Notes under the pieces: generated by a model
Told to the model about the DNA's origin: nothing
Seen by the model: only the letters and a program-made list of their open reading frames with translations
The model's database searches: none
In this document: positions 1-9,306 of the stretch, piece after piece
Numbering within the stretch: position 1 is the first letter of the stretch
How the letters are laid out: every line of letters begins with the position of its first letter
Program-made: the position numbers and the translations under genes
Source of the DNA: a candidate division FCPU426 bacterium
GTDB lineage: Bacteria; Oederibacteriota; PGYV01; Palsa-1178
Direction: 5' to 3'
Assembly: GCA_963840035.1 (NCBI GenBank)
Contig: CAWIXE010000001.1
Span: 416,001 to 480,000 of the forward strand
DNA length: 64,000 nucleotides

Positions 1-1085
1 ACTTTACCGGCGGTAACTTCAAACTCCTTCGCGGGCTTAAAGCCGCGCAGATTTTCCTTATATGTAGTGGTAATAAGTATCTGTTTAAAAAGCGAGAAAG
101 TATTTCCTATAAATCCCCTGTTTGGTTCGTCAAGTTCGGAAGAAAAATCATCCAGCATAACAACAGGATAACTTCCGCGTTTTGAATTAATATATAATCC
201 TTCTGAAAGTTTTAAAAGTATTGTGGTCAGCCTTTGCTGCCCTTCTGACGCGAAATTTTTTGCGGCTTTCCCGTTATAAGATATATTCAGGTCGTCCCTG
301 TGCGGGCCGATTAAAGTGATGGCGCGCGCTATCTCTTCATCGACACGCGTCCTGAAAAAATCCGTGTATGTTTCGCGGATATTTTTTTCATCATACTCCT
401 TAAAAACTTTTGATTCATAGGCGATGTGCACGGAAAATTTTCCTTCTGTTAATTTTTCATCCAGGATAGCGTTTAAGTCCCTGATGGCGGCTGCCCTGTG
501 CAGCAGTATCCTTGTTCCGTTATCCGTTATCTGTTTATTCCAGACATCAAGATTCTCTTTCTTCACCTTGCCGTCACGTATTCCTTTAAGCAGATAATTC
601 CTGTGTGATACTTCCTTGGAGTACTTCATTAACGCCTGGAGGTAGTTGTTATCCACCTGTGAGAGCATATCGTCCAGGAACCTGCGCCTTAATGAAGGTT
701 CCCCCTTCACTATCATGATATTTTCCGGGGAAAAAAGCACCACAGGCACCTTTCCAACGGCCATGGACATCCTGGCAAGCTTTGTTCCGTTCTCTTTGAT
801 GGTTTTCTTCCGGTTAGCCATGTCATATTCCAGGAGGTATTCCTTATCTATGCCGTTAAAGGACGAGTTTATATCTATAGAGGCCGCTTCCCTGCCCTCT
901 TTTACCAGTATTGAGTCCTCGGATGACCTGAAAGACCTGGTCATGGAGAGCCAGTATATGGATTCAAGTATATTGGTTTTGCCCGAGCCATTTTCGCCGT
1001 AGAAAACATTGATCCCGGGAGTAAGCTTGAGCTTTAAGCTGTCATAATTGCGGAAGTTGTTAAGCGCAAGTGTCTTTATGTACAT
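1..1085 (-). CDS. recF: DNA replication/repair protein RecF (3' end runs off the window)
   Basis: Manual translation from ATG at 1085 gives MYIKTLALNNFRNYDSLKLKLTPGINVFYGENGSGKTNILESI (Walker A); later GPHRDDL, SEGQQR and LLDDFSSELD motifs. Missing from the ORF track because no stop lies in the window. Confidence 0.95.
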   Translation of the reverse strand, partial: MYIKTLALNNFRNYDSLKLKLTPGINVFYGENGSGKTNILESIYWLSMTRSFRSSEDSILVKEGREAASIDINSSFNGIDKEYLLEYDMANRKKTIKENGTKLARMSMAVGKVPVVLFSPENIMIVKGEPSLRRRFLDDMLSQVDNNYLQALMKYSKEVSHRNYLLKGIRDGKVKKENLDVWNKQITDNGTRILLHRAAAIRDLNAILDEKLTEGKFSVHIAYESKVFKEYDEKNIRETYTDFFRTRVDEEIARAITLIGPHRDDLNISYNGKAAKNFASEGQQRLTTILLKLSEGLYINSKRGSYPVVMLDDFSSELDEPNRGFIGNTFSLFKQILITTTYKENLRGFKPAKEFEVTAGK

Positions 1086-1138
1086 AGAGCTCCTTTGATT
1101 CTGGATTCTGGATTAATACCTCTTACTTACAGGACTAT

Positions 1139-1154
1139 TGTTCCACGTGGAACA
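1139..1154. promoter_or_regulatory. parS centromere-like site
   Basis: Perfect palindrome TGTTCCACGTGGAACA matching the bacterial parS consensus; origin-type neighbours recF and rsmG. Confidence 0.9.
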
Positions 1155-1184
1155 TTTTAGCAGTTTTTAATAAAAATTCAAACT

Positions 1185-2242
1185 GCTACATTCAATGTTT
1201 AAGTGCAACACATCTTGTTAAATGCTTCGTTTGGAGTTTTCCAGCCCAAACATTTCCTTGGTAAATTATTCAGCCAATTTTCAAGTTCTTTTATCCTGCC
1301 GGAGCTTATCATATCAAAGTCTGTGCCTTTTGGGTATATCCTTCTCGCCAATCCTATTGTGTTCTCAACCGTGCCTTTTTCATAGGGACTTTTTTCATGG
1401 CAAAAGTATGATTTACACCCTATCTGTTTATTAATCTTTTCGTGCTCAACATTTTCTTTTCCGTTGTCATAAGTTATGCTTAACCGAACGCCTTCAGGCA
1501 CACTTCGTAATGATTTCATTATGTTTCTTCTGTTATGCCTTGCGGTTATTACTCTTAACTTATATATCTTCGTTAACCGTGTTTTTCTTTCCACTGTAAA
1601 GGTTAGTCCTGAATTTTTCTTTTGTAATCCAGCCATTGTGTCGCTTTCCCAATGCCCGACCTGTTTACGTTCGTCTATTTGTTTAGGCCTTAATTCTATT
1701 GATATTTTATTGGGTATACGACCTTTTGTATGCGTCTTTCTCTGACCTTTTAAGTGCCTTTTCATGTGGTGCCTAGTTAAACATCCTCTAAATCCCGGCT
1801 CTTCTTTATATACAAACATGTATATTGTTTCAGTACTAATACTTTTCCCCGGTAGTTCTTCCGCTATCCTTCCTGAAATTCTTTCAGGAGACCAACCGTT
1901 TTTAAGTTTATCTATCACATACGACTTTATTGCTGTATCCCTTATTCTGCCCTGGGGGACACTTAATCTTCGTCTGTATGATGTGTTTGCATCTCTAGCA
2001 ACATATTCTCCGGTTTCTATGTTGCTGTTCCTAGTTATTTCTCTGTGTATCGTGGATCTGTGTCTTCCAAGCTCAGCTGCTATTTCACCAACTGTGAACC
2101 CTTGGTCCTGTAAAATAACAATTTTTGCTCTTTCTTCTATGCCTAAATGCTTGTATAATTTCATTGGTGCAACCTCCTTCTGTATTCTTTACTCGACATA
2201 AAGATTTTAACAGAAGTGTTGCACTTTTACCTTGAATTCAAG
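1185..2242 (-). mobile_element. IS30-family insertion sequence, 1058 bp
   Basis: Imperfect 26-bp terminal inverted repeats: 1185-1210 GCTACATTCAATGTTTAAGTGCAACA and 2217-2242, whose reverse complement is CTTGAATTCAAGGTAAAAGTGCAACA. Flanked by the 3-bp duplication ACT (1182-1184, 2243-2245); single transposase whose stop lies in the IR. Confidence 0.9.
1199..2164 (-). CDS. IS30-family DDE transposase
   Basis: N-terminal HTH (IAAELGRHRSTIHREITRN), WSPERIS, GHWESDT, SITYDNGKE and PYEKGTVEN motifs, PRKCLGWKTP C-terminus; GAAGGAGG RBS. Confidence 0.95.
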   Translation of the reverse strand: MKLYKHLGIEERAKIVILQDQGFTVGEIAAELGRHRSTIHREITRNSNIETGEYVARDANTSYRRRLSVPQGRIRDTAIKSYVIDKLKNGWSPERISGRIAEELPGKSISTETIYMFVYKEEPGFRGCLTRHHMKRHLKGQRKTHTKGRIPNKISIELRPKQIDERKQVGHWESDTMAGLQKKNSGLTFTVERKTRLTKIYKLRVITARHNRRNIMKSLRSVPEGVRLSITYDNGKENVEHEKINKQIGCKSYFCHEKSPYEKGTVENTIGLARRIYPKGTDFDMISSGRIKELENWLNNLPRKCLGWKTPNEAFNKMCCT

Positions 2243-2269
2243 ACTCCAAATCAGATAATTCACAGTCAA

Positions 2270-2285
2270 TGTTCCACGTGGAACA
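2270..2285. promoter_or_regulatory. parS centromere-like site (second copy)
   Basis: Identical TGTTCCACGTGGAACA palindrome. Confidence 0.9.
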
Positions 2286-2305
2286 ATAGTAATGGATACT
2301 TATGC

Positions 2306-2394
2306 ACCTTAACCCTTATCCTTAGCTCTTAGCCTTTGCCGTTCAGATCAAAGGCCAAGAGCTAAGGATAAGAATTAAGGATAAGGGTTAAGGT
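2306..2394. repeat. Long imperfect hairpin built of CCTTA-type 6/7-nt units
   Basis: ACCTTAACCCTTATCCTTAGCTCTTAGCCTTTG ... CAAAGGCCAAGAGCTAAGGATAAG...TAAGGATAAGGGTTAAGGT. Confidence 0.8.
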
Positions 2395-2489
2395 TCCCCT
2401 GTCCGTATGTTAGTAAAGATTAGTTTGTATTTAGAATTCAGAATTCGTCCTACAATGACTATTCACATAGGGGTTTGTTTTTGATTTAA

Positions 2490-2522
2490 AATCCAGAATT
2501 CAGAATCCAGAATTTAGAATCC
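2490..2522. repeat. 7-bp tandem repeat (AATYYAG)
   Basis: AATCCAG AATTCAG AATCCAG AATTTAG AATCC; the same unit occurs at 4950-4981 and inverted at 1097-1114. Confidence 0.85.
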
Positions 2523-2525
2523 GTT

Positions 2526-3245
2526 TTATAAAGGCTTTTTCTTTATCGACCCGTACACCCTCGGGTAAATGGCCGGGGTTTTCCACATCTTGTTAACAGA
2601 AACTATTGTGTGGCTGCCGCAGCCTTCGGGAAGTTCGTAGTGGTGCATGCCATCAAAAACGCATCCGAGTTCCTTAAAGCACGGCATGTCTTTGTTTATT
2701 TCTGCGGCCTGTTTGGCGCTGGCGTAATACATGACGGCGCCTCCGGGTTTTACAAATGAAGCGGATAATTCCAGGCCTATGGAAAAAGAAGCAAGCGCCC
2801 TCATGCATGCCGCGTCAAAAAATTCGCGGAATTCGCCCGTGTGCGAAAGCGTCTCGGCCCTGCCTTCGAGGATTTCCATGTTGCGCAGGTTTAAGGAATC
2901 CTTAATGTGAAGAAGAAACGTTACCTTCTTGCCGTTTGATTCATTCAGGAAAATTTTCTTGCCGGGGAAAGCTATAGCCAGAGGTATGCCGGGAAAGCCG
3001 GCGCCGGCGCCTATATCCACTATAGTTTGCCATGTCATACTTTTGTTTGGTTTAACTAACACTAATGAATCCACAAAATGCTTTATTATTATATCCCTGT
3101 CATCAGTTATGGAAGTAAGGTTGAATTTTTCGTTCCACCCTTTGAGTTCATCAAGGAGTAAACTGAATTTGTCCGCCATCTCAGGGGTTAAGAGGTTTGG
3201 GTATGATTCACCGATGTATTTTTCTATCATTTCTTTTGTTGTCAT
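2526..3245 (-). CDS. rsmG: 16S rRNA m7G527 methyltransferase RsmG (GidB)
   Basis: WNEKFNLTSI, KHFVDSL and VDIGAGAGFPGIPLAI motifs; C-terminal TPAIYPR...KKPL. Confidence 0.95.
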   Translation of the reverse strand: MTTKEMIEKYIGESYPNLLTPEMADKFSLLLDELKGWNEKFNLTSITDDRDIIIKHFVDSLVLVKPNKSMTWQTIVDIGAGAGFPGIPLAIAFPGKKIFLNESNGKKVTFLLHIKDSLNLRNMEILEGRAETLSHTGEFREFFDAACMRALASFSIGLELSASFVKPGGAVMYYASAKQAAEINKDMPCFKELGCVFDGMHHYELPEGCGSHTIVSVNKMWKTPAIYPRVYGSIKKKPL

Positions 3246-3355
3246 GGGTAGATTATTACACGCCCGTATAATAAGAGCAAGTTTTTTTTGGGATATTGCA
3301 TTGCGGGCGCGTAGTTGCTATATTGATTAAAACGGGACGCGGGAGGGCGGGCATC

Positions 3356-4294
3356 ATGGAAAACAGCTTGAATCTTGTATCAGGGGCATTCGGATATACA
3401 GGCGGGTACATAACCTCCCTGCTGCTTGAAAAAGGCGTGAAGGTTGTAACCCTGACAAATTCCTCAGGCAGGGAAAACGCCTTCAGCGGAATGGTGGCTG
3501 CGAAGCCTTACGATTTTAATGACGCGGAAAAGCTGGCGGAAAGTTTTAAGGGTGTTTCGGTATTTTACAATACATACTGGGTGAGGTTCGCGTACGCTGG
3601 CACCGGCCATAAACAGGCGTATGAAAATACGGTAAAGCTTTTTGACGCGGCGAAAAAAGCAGGGGTAAAAAGGATAGTCCACATAAGCGTCGCTAATTCA
3701 TCGGCTGAATCCAAATTTTCCTATTACAGATATAAGGCGCTGGCGGAAGAATACCTTAAAAATCTCGGTGTTTCATATTGCATACTGAAACCTGCCGCGC
3801 TCTTCGGGGGAAGCGGCATCCTTATTAATAACATAGCCTGGATGATAAGGCATTTGCCCGTCTTCGGCATATTCGGGAAAGGCGGTTATTATTTCAGCCC
3901 TGTCCATGTTGAAGACCTTGCTTTACTGGCAGTGGAGCAGGGACAGGCAAAAGAAAACGCCTCTATCAACGCCGTAGGCCCTGAAAATTTTACATATAAT
4001 GAACTCATAGCGTCCATTGGTTCAATTATCGGAAAAAAGCCGTTTATGGCGCATGTGCCTCCAATACTCGGCTTTATCGCAGGGGCGGTTCTTGGATTTA
4101 TCAAAAGGGATGTGACGCTGACATATGATGAGATTTACAGCTTAACCTCGGACATGCTCCACATCCGGACACAGGCAACATGCAGGACAAAACTGACGGA
4201 CTGGCTTGAGGCAAATAAAGAAACAGTTGGTAGAAAGTATTTCAGTGAAGTTGCCAGGAGGAAGGACAAAAAAAGGGCATACGAAAGCATATAG
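3356..4294 (+). CDS. NAD(P)-dependent epimerase/dehydratase (atypical SDR)
   Basis: VSGAFGYTG Rossmann motif and YYRYK; GGGAGG RBS before ATG 3356 (the ORF-track start at 3296 is probably too early). Confidence 0.8.
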   Translation: MENSLNLVSGAFGYTGGYITSLLLEKGVKVVTLTNSSGRENAFSGMVAAKPYDFNDAEKLAESFKGVSVFYNTYWVRFAYAGTGHKQAYENTVKLFDAAKKAGVKRIVHISVANSSAESKFSYYRYKALAEEYLKNLGVSYCILKPAALFGGSGILINNIAWMIRHLPVFGIFGKGGYYFSPVHVEDLALLAVEQGQAKENASINAVGPENFTYNELIASIGSIIGKKPFMAHVPPILGFIAGAVLGFIKRDVTLTYDEIYSLTSDMLHIRTQATCRTKLTDWLEANKETVGRKYFSEVARRKDKKRAYESI

Positions 4295-4405
4295 GCGGAT
4301 CTCAAAAATATTTGAAAATCATAAAAGTTTTGTCTTATTGTGCGTGAAGCCTGCCGGCTTTTACGAAGGCAAAAATCCAGAATATTTTGCACAATCCGGG
4401 GATAA

Positions 4406-4889
4406 ATGAAACATAAACAAATTATCCTGTTATTGGCCATAGCAGTTGCCATACTTATGTCTTCATGCAATAAAAAATCAAGCCCCGCAGCCCCGTACCT
4501 TGTAGATTTTGACACAGGTGAAAATACCGGGCTAAACGGCACTCCCGACGCCGCAATAGGTATGTGGGGCGCCATCGCGCCGACTGGACTAATATCAGCC
4601 TCAGATACAAAACCTGTGCTGTTTATACACGGTATGGCTGACTCGTCGGTGCCTTTTGCCAGCGGACATCCATTTGGCTTTAATTAATTTCCTGTGGCAT
4701 ATGGAAGCAGCTTGATCAACTGCAGGCTGGATACACTGGGCTTTACTGATAAGAAAAAACTTTTTTGTGACAGGCGCGGGGCATGAATTTTACAGGACAA
4801 ACAACGGCCTGTGGACAGGCGGCACAGGAGGAAACGATTACTGGACGCCGGTGGTCAACACCATTGCTGATTTTCTGTACGGGTTGTAA
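4406..4889 (+). pseudogene. Degraded lipoprotein alpha/beta-hydrolase (esterase)
   Basis: Lipobox LMSSC and PVLFIHGMADSSVP; in-frame TAA at 4685-4687; +1 frameshift in the A6/T6 run near 4760 restores VTGAGHEF...IADFLYGL*; no GxSxG region. Confidence 0.75.
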
Positions 4890-4921
4890 GCTGCATATGA
4901 AGAGGGAAATAAAAACAAAAA

Positions 4922-4939
4922 CCCGGGCTTTCACCCGGG
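4922..4939 (-). terminator. Intrinsic terminator
   Basis: CCCGGG-ctttca-CCCGGG with an A-run on the left (U-run on the minus strand), downstream of the 4985-6670 gene. Confidence 0.6.
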
Positions 4940-4984
4940 CCTTGTATTTAATCCAGAATTTAGAATCCGGAATCTAGAATTGAT

Positions 4985-6670
4985 TTACCATCCCGTTGAT
5001 TTCCCTGATTTGGATTTTACCTGCACTTTTACAGGCGCTGCCGTCGGCATTACTGTGGGCTGTGCCGGAGGTACCGTGGTTTGAGGCTGCTGTGCTGCGG
5101 ACGGAGATGTTTTAGCAGGCATTGATACGGCAGCAGGCGGTTCATTTGAAGAAATTTTTATGACCATAACCTCGGCCCTTCTGTTCTTGTATTTATTATC
5201 TGCCGTATCATTCGGAACAACGGGTTTTTTGTCAGCAAATCCTGCCACTGAAATCCTTGAAGCTTCTATGCCGTGCTTGTCTATGAGATATTTTTTAACC
5301 GCGTTAGCGCGGGCAAGCGATAATTCGTAGTTGTTCTTGAACCTTTTTGATTTTATGGGAACGTTGTCAGTATGCCCTTCTATGACTATGGGCGAGTTAT
5401 GTGCCTTCATTATCTTTACCATGTCATCCAGGACTGGGAAGAACTCGGGCTTTATGTTTGAAAGAGCGGTGTCATAATGTATTACCGGGTAAAATAAAAG
5501 TTTGTCACCCTGCTGGACGGTCTTTACCGAGAGACTTTCAGGCTGCGCAGGGACTTCAGGCGCTGCCGCGGCAGGAGTTTCAGGAGCTGTTGTCCCTGAG
5601 TCCATTCCAGCGGGAAGCTGTGTGGCAGCCGCTTGCGCCGGCTTTGCCCCTTCTTTAATTGTAAATACATCTTCCTGTTTCTTAGGAGTTTCCCCCGGTG
5701 GAGGAACAGGAGTGGCAGTAGGCAGAGGCTCCGCAAGTACCCTGAAAAGCCAGGCGGGAGAAACGCCGCCGCTTGAGGTAAGCTTGGCCCTTGCTGATTT
5801 GTCAATGGACATTGACCATATTTCAGGCTGATATTTGTCCGTTATATAGCTTGAAAAAATAACTTTTGAGCCGTCGTGGTTAAAGATGGGGCAGTTGCTT
5901 TTTCCGTCATATGTAAGGGGTTCTTCTTTTTTAGAGGCAATGGAGGTAACATAAACATTTATGGAATCCATATCCTCTATGGTAAATACGATTTTCTGCC
6001 CATCGGGAGAGAAGCTCGGCGAACCCGCTTTTTTACCAAGCAGGTTTGTCAGCTTTTCAGCCATGACGCTATCGATGTTTTTCATATACAGGTTTGTCGT
6101 GGTTTCAGATTCCTTTACGGCATAAACAAGCTTATTATCCTTTGAAAGCGCGGGGGAGTAGCAGTTGTGCGTGTCAGTGAGCGATACCTGGTCAAAACCG
6201 TCCCTGCTTATCTTCCATATGTCGTTCGACCTGGAATAAACGACAAACTGCGAATCAGCGCTCCAGGAGGTGGAATTTTTCATGTTAAAATTTTGTATGT
6301 CGCTGTCAAGGCCGTCCGCGTCGAACGTAACCTGGAAAGCTTTCCTTTTCTTGAAGTCGCCTATCCACAGGTTATAACTTTTTCCCGACTGCGCCCAGTA
6401 TGACATGAACCATCCGTCCGGCGAAACAGAAGGGAACCATTTGGAAGTGTTGTCAGGGAATATTTCCTGCCTGTTATTTCCATCCGGGTCCATCCAGAGG
6501 ACATTACCGTTAAATGTGAATATTATTTTTTCCAGTTTTGGCTGCGGCGTGGCCGTAGGCACTGGCGTGGGCTGGATGGTAACTTTTGCTTTTTTACAGC
6601 CCTGGGTACCCGTAAGAATGAATACTGCCAGGATGACAGCAGCCATTATGATCGCGAAACTTTTGCGCAT
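4985..6670 (-). CDS. Lipoprotein with TolB-like PD40 propeller fused to an OmpA/MotB-type peptidoglycan-binding domain
   Basis: Lipobox TQGC; PSVSPDG and PSFSPDGQKI repeats; Pro/Ala/Thr linker; IEGHTDN...NYELSLARA...KNRRAE OmpA_C motifs. Confidence 0.85.
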   Translation of the reverse strand: MRKSFAIIMAAVILAVFILTGTQGCKKAKVTIQPTPVPTATPQPKLEKIIFTFNGNVLWMDPDGNNRQEIFPDNTSKWFPSVSPDGWFMSYWAQSGKSYNLWIGDFKKRKAFQVTFDADGLDSDIQNFNMKNSTSWSADSQFVVYSRSNDIWKISRDGFDQVSLTDTHNCYSPALSKDNKLVYAVKESETTTNLYMKNIDSVMAEKLTNLLGKKAGSPSFSPDGQKIVFTIEDMDSINVYVTSIASKKEEPLTYDGKSNCPIFNHDGSKVIFSSYITDKYQPEIWSMSIDKSARAKLTSSGGVSPAWLFRVLAEPLPTATPVPPPGETPKKQEDVFTIKEGAKPAQAAATQLPAGMDSGTTAPETPAAAAPEVPAQPESLSVKTVQQGDKLLFYPVIHYDTALSNIKPEFFPVLDDMVKIMKAHNSPIVIEGHTDNVPIKSKRFKNNYELSLARANAVKKYLIDKHGIEASRISVAGFADKKPVVPNDTADNKYKNRRAEVMVIKISSNEPPAAVSMPAKTSPSAAQQPQTTVPPAQPTVMPTAAPVKVQVKSKSGKSTGW

Positions 6671-6681
6671 TATATTCTCCG

Positions 6682-7740
6682 TTATTTTGCAGCCGTCGGG
6701 CTGACTTTTATGTCCGCTACTACAGGAAAGTAAACGCTGAAATTATAAGTGAGCCTTCTTTTGTCCTTAGTCGCGATAGTTGTTATGTACATGTCGCTTC
6801 CTTCCACATACACGAGCTCTTTGCCATCCGGCGTCCAGCAGGGCGAAAAGCCGCGGTTAAAAGTTATCTGCTGCGATTCAGCGCCGTCAGGTTTGGTTAT
6901 CCAGACATTCGGAGCGCCGCTTTCATCGAGAATGCACGCTATGAAATTGGCTTTTCTGTCATTATTTGCCTTTGACCACCCGATGTCATTTTCAGGGTAA
7001 AACGTCTGTTTTATGAACCTGTCATTTACGCCGTTATACTCTATCCTGGAAATACCGCGAAAAAAAGAATAAGCCACTTCTAAGTTGTCTCCCCAGTCAA
7101 AAGCCGGGCTGATGATGTTGCTCGGGGTTATCTGTTTTAACTGGGTGCCGTTTGTGTGAATAATCCAGAGTCCGTTATGGCGTTTTGTTTTTTCGCGCGA
7201 GAAAAGTATTTTTTCCCTGTCAGGGGAAAGCTTGAAGGAGGTTACATCATGAAATATGCTAAGCGATGAAGGCGTCTCGCCGTCATCATCAACTTCCCAA
7301 ATATCGTTATTTTTGAGGTAAAACAGGGTTTTTCCGTCTTTTGCCCAGTCAATTTGCCCCCTGTTATAGAGGTCAATGGCATGAATGTTTTCCTTGTTAA
7401 AGGACATCTGTTCCTGTTTTGAGCCGTCTGTGTTCATGATCCATAAATTTGCGAAACCCGAGCGGTCTGAATAGAAAGCAATCTTTTCGCCGCTGGGTGA
7501 GACCGTAGGCGCCCAGTTATTGCCGGCATTGGTGCAGGTTTTTTTATTTTCGCCGTTTAGGTCCATGATGGCAATCTGATATAATCCGCGGCCGTCCTCG
7601 AGGATATATATTATTTTTTTCATAAATACATCCTGTGGAGGGGCGCCGGATAGCTGCGCGTCTGCGGCAATAATAAAACAGTTGAGTAATAATAATGAAA
7701 GAGAGAAGAAAATTAACGAAATTATGCGTTTTCCGCCCAT
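6682..7740 (-). CDS. Secreted TolB-like PD40 beta-propeller protein
   Basis: Signal peptide; PTVSPSGEKIAFYSDRSG and PCWTPDGKELVY repeats. Confidence 0.8.
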   Translation of the reverse strand: MGGKRIISLIFFSLSLLLLNCFIIAADAQLSGAPPQDVFMKKIIYILEDGRGLYQIAIMDLNGENKKTCTNAGNNWAPTVSPSGEKIAFYSDRSGFANLWIMNTDGSKQEQMSFNKENIHAIDLYNRGQIDWAKDGKTLFYLKNNDIWEVDDDGETPSSLSIFHDVTSFKLSPDREKILFSREKTKRHNGLWIIHTNGTQLKQITPSNIISPAFDWGDNLEVAYSFFRGISRIEYNGVNDRFIKQTFYPENDIGWSKANNDRKANFIACILDESGAPNVWITKPDGAESQQITFNRGFSPCWTPDGKELVYVEGSDMYITTIATKDKRRLTYNFSVYFPVVADIKVSPTAAK

Positions 7741-7904
7741 TTTTACCTCAATGTTCAGATTTTGATGTTATTTTATACGGTTTTTTTGATTTTGTCAATG
7801 TTTTTTGTTAAGTTTCATTTAAAACGCTGATTGTTGAGAGCCTGGGTGGAAAAAGACAAAATAGGGTATTTTAAGTGTACTGTTAAGAAGATGTGTTTAC
7901 ATGT

Positions 7905-8019
7905 TGTCATTGCGAGGAGCCGTTGTTGGTTTATGGCGACGAAGCAATCTCGTTTTCTCCATCTGGAACAGCTGGATTGCTTCGTCGGCAAGAAACAAAA
8001 ACGCCTCCTCGCAATGACA
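7905..8019. repeat. 115-bp TGTC-tagged palindromic element, copy 1
   Basis: TGTCATTGCGAGGAG...CGACGAAGCAATC...GATTGCTTCGTCG...CTCCTCGCAATGACA. Confidence 0.9.
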
Positions 8020-8083
8020 GGCCTAAGACTGTAAACAAAATATGTTAAAAGTACATTTTAATGTTTACTTTTTGGTTTTGACT

Positions 8084-9127
8084 TTATATGATAACCATCG
8101 CGTCGCCGTATGAAAAGAGCCTGTATTTTTCCTTTATGGCTTCTTCATAGGCGCGTTTTATGTTTTCATTTCCCGCGAACGCGGAAACCAGGGCGAGCAG
8201 CGATGTCCGCGGCAGGTGAAAGTTTGTGATAAGGCCGCCGCAGATTTTAAAATCATAACCCGGAAAAATGAAAATATCGGTCATGGACCGCCGGGCAATC
8301 ACTTCGCGGCCGGCGGAGGAGGAAGCTTCAAGCGCGCGCATCGAGGTAGTGCCGATGGCTATTACTTTTTTTCCCGCCGCGTTAACACTGTTTATTATTT
8401 CCGCGTTTTCAGGGGTTATTTCGAATAATTCCGAGTGCATTTTATGCTCCCTTATATCTTCCTTTTCCACGGATTCAAAAGTGCCCATGCCGACGTGAAG
8501 TGTGATATAGGCTGTTTTTACCTGTTTTTCAGCCATTTTTCTCAAAATTTCCGGTGTAAAATGGAGGCCGGCTGTCGGAGCGGCTTTCGCCCCTTCATTT
8601 TTTGCGTAGATTGTCTGGTACCTTTCCCTGTGGGACGGGTCCTTAATGTTGGCTTTTATATAAGGAGGAAGCGGCATGGTGCCCAGCCTCCATAATTTCT
8701 CCACAAGTTCCCTGGGGGCGCAGTTGAATTCCACTTCAACTATTTTGCCTTTTTTTTCAATGACAGTTAATTTTAAACCGCCGTTAAAGGATACAATATC
8801 GCCCGGCATGACCCTTTTGGAATTTTTCATGATGACATCCCATTTGTTATCACCGGTATTATCAAGGACAAGTATGCCGATTTTCGCGCCTGTTTTTTCC
8901 GAGGCGCCGTCTAAGTTAGCCGGTAGCACCTTTGTATCGTTCATGACCAGGCAGTCACCTGGGCTTATATGGTTTATGATGTCAGTGAATTTTTCATGTG
9001 ATATTGCTCCCGTAGCGCGGGAAAGGGCCATCAGGCGCGAGGAAGACCTGTCAGAAAGGGGCTCCTGCGCGATAAGTTCCTTCGGGAAGCTGTAGTCATA
9101 ATTTTCAAGGCTGTATATGTTTTTCAT
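8084..9127 (-). CDS. queA: S-adenosylmethionine:tRNA ribosyltransferase-isomerase QueA
   Basis: PLPPYI, YQTIYA, AAPTAGLHF, LHVGMGTF, TNFHLP and FSYGDAM motifs. Confidence 0.97.
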   Translation of the reverse strand: MKNIYSLENYDYSFPKELIAQEPLSDRSSSRLMALSRATGAISHEKFTDIINHISPGDCLVMNDTKVLPANLDGASEKTGAKIGILVLDNTGDNKWDVIMKNSKRVMPGDIVSFNGGLKLTVIEKKGKIVEVEFNCAPRELVEKLWRLGTMPLPPYIKANIKDPSHRERYQTIYAKNEGAKAAPTAGLHFTPEILRKMAEKQVKTAYITLHVGMGTFESVEKEDIREHKMHSELFEITPENAEIINSVNAAGKKVIAIGTTSMRALEASSSAGREVIARRSMTDIFIFPGYDFKICGGLITNFHLPRTSLLALVSAFAGNENIKRAYEEAIKEKYRLFSYGDAMVII

Positions 9128-9306
9128 GGGAAGAGTATAACATAAAAATAAGTAAGAAGTAATAAGGCAGAAGCCAGAAGTAGAAATAACCGGTCTTATT
9201 GCCTTACTTCTGGCTTATTATTTCTTTCTTAAACATACTTCCTTATCCGTTGACACCTTAAAAATCATATGCTTTAATTAGTTATCAAAATTTACAGGAG
9301 GGTTTC

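Noticed and set aside
2246..2480. oriC / DnaA-box cluster near parS
   Set aside because: Only mismatched boxes (TAATTCACA, TTATGCACC, CTATTCACA). The one perfect TTATCCACA I saw lies inside lepB (41755-41763).
4754..4766. Programmed frameshift at AAAAAAC
   Set aside because: The shift needed is +1, not -1, and the gene also has an upstream stop and a deletion.
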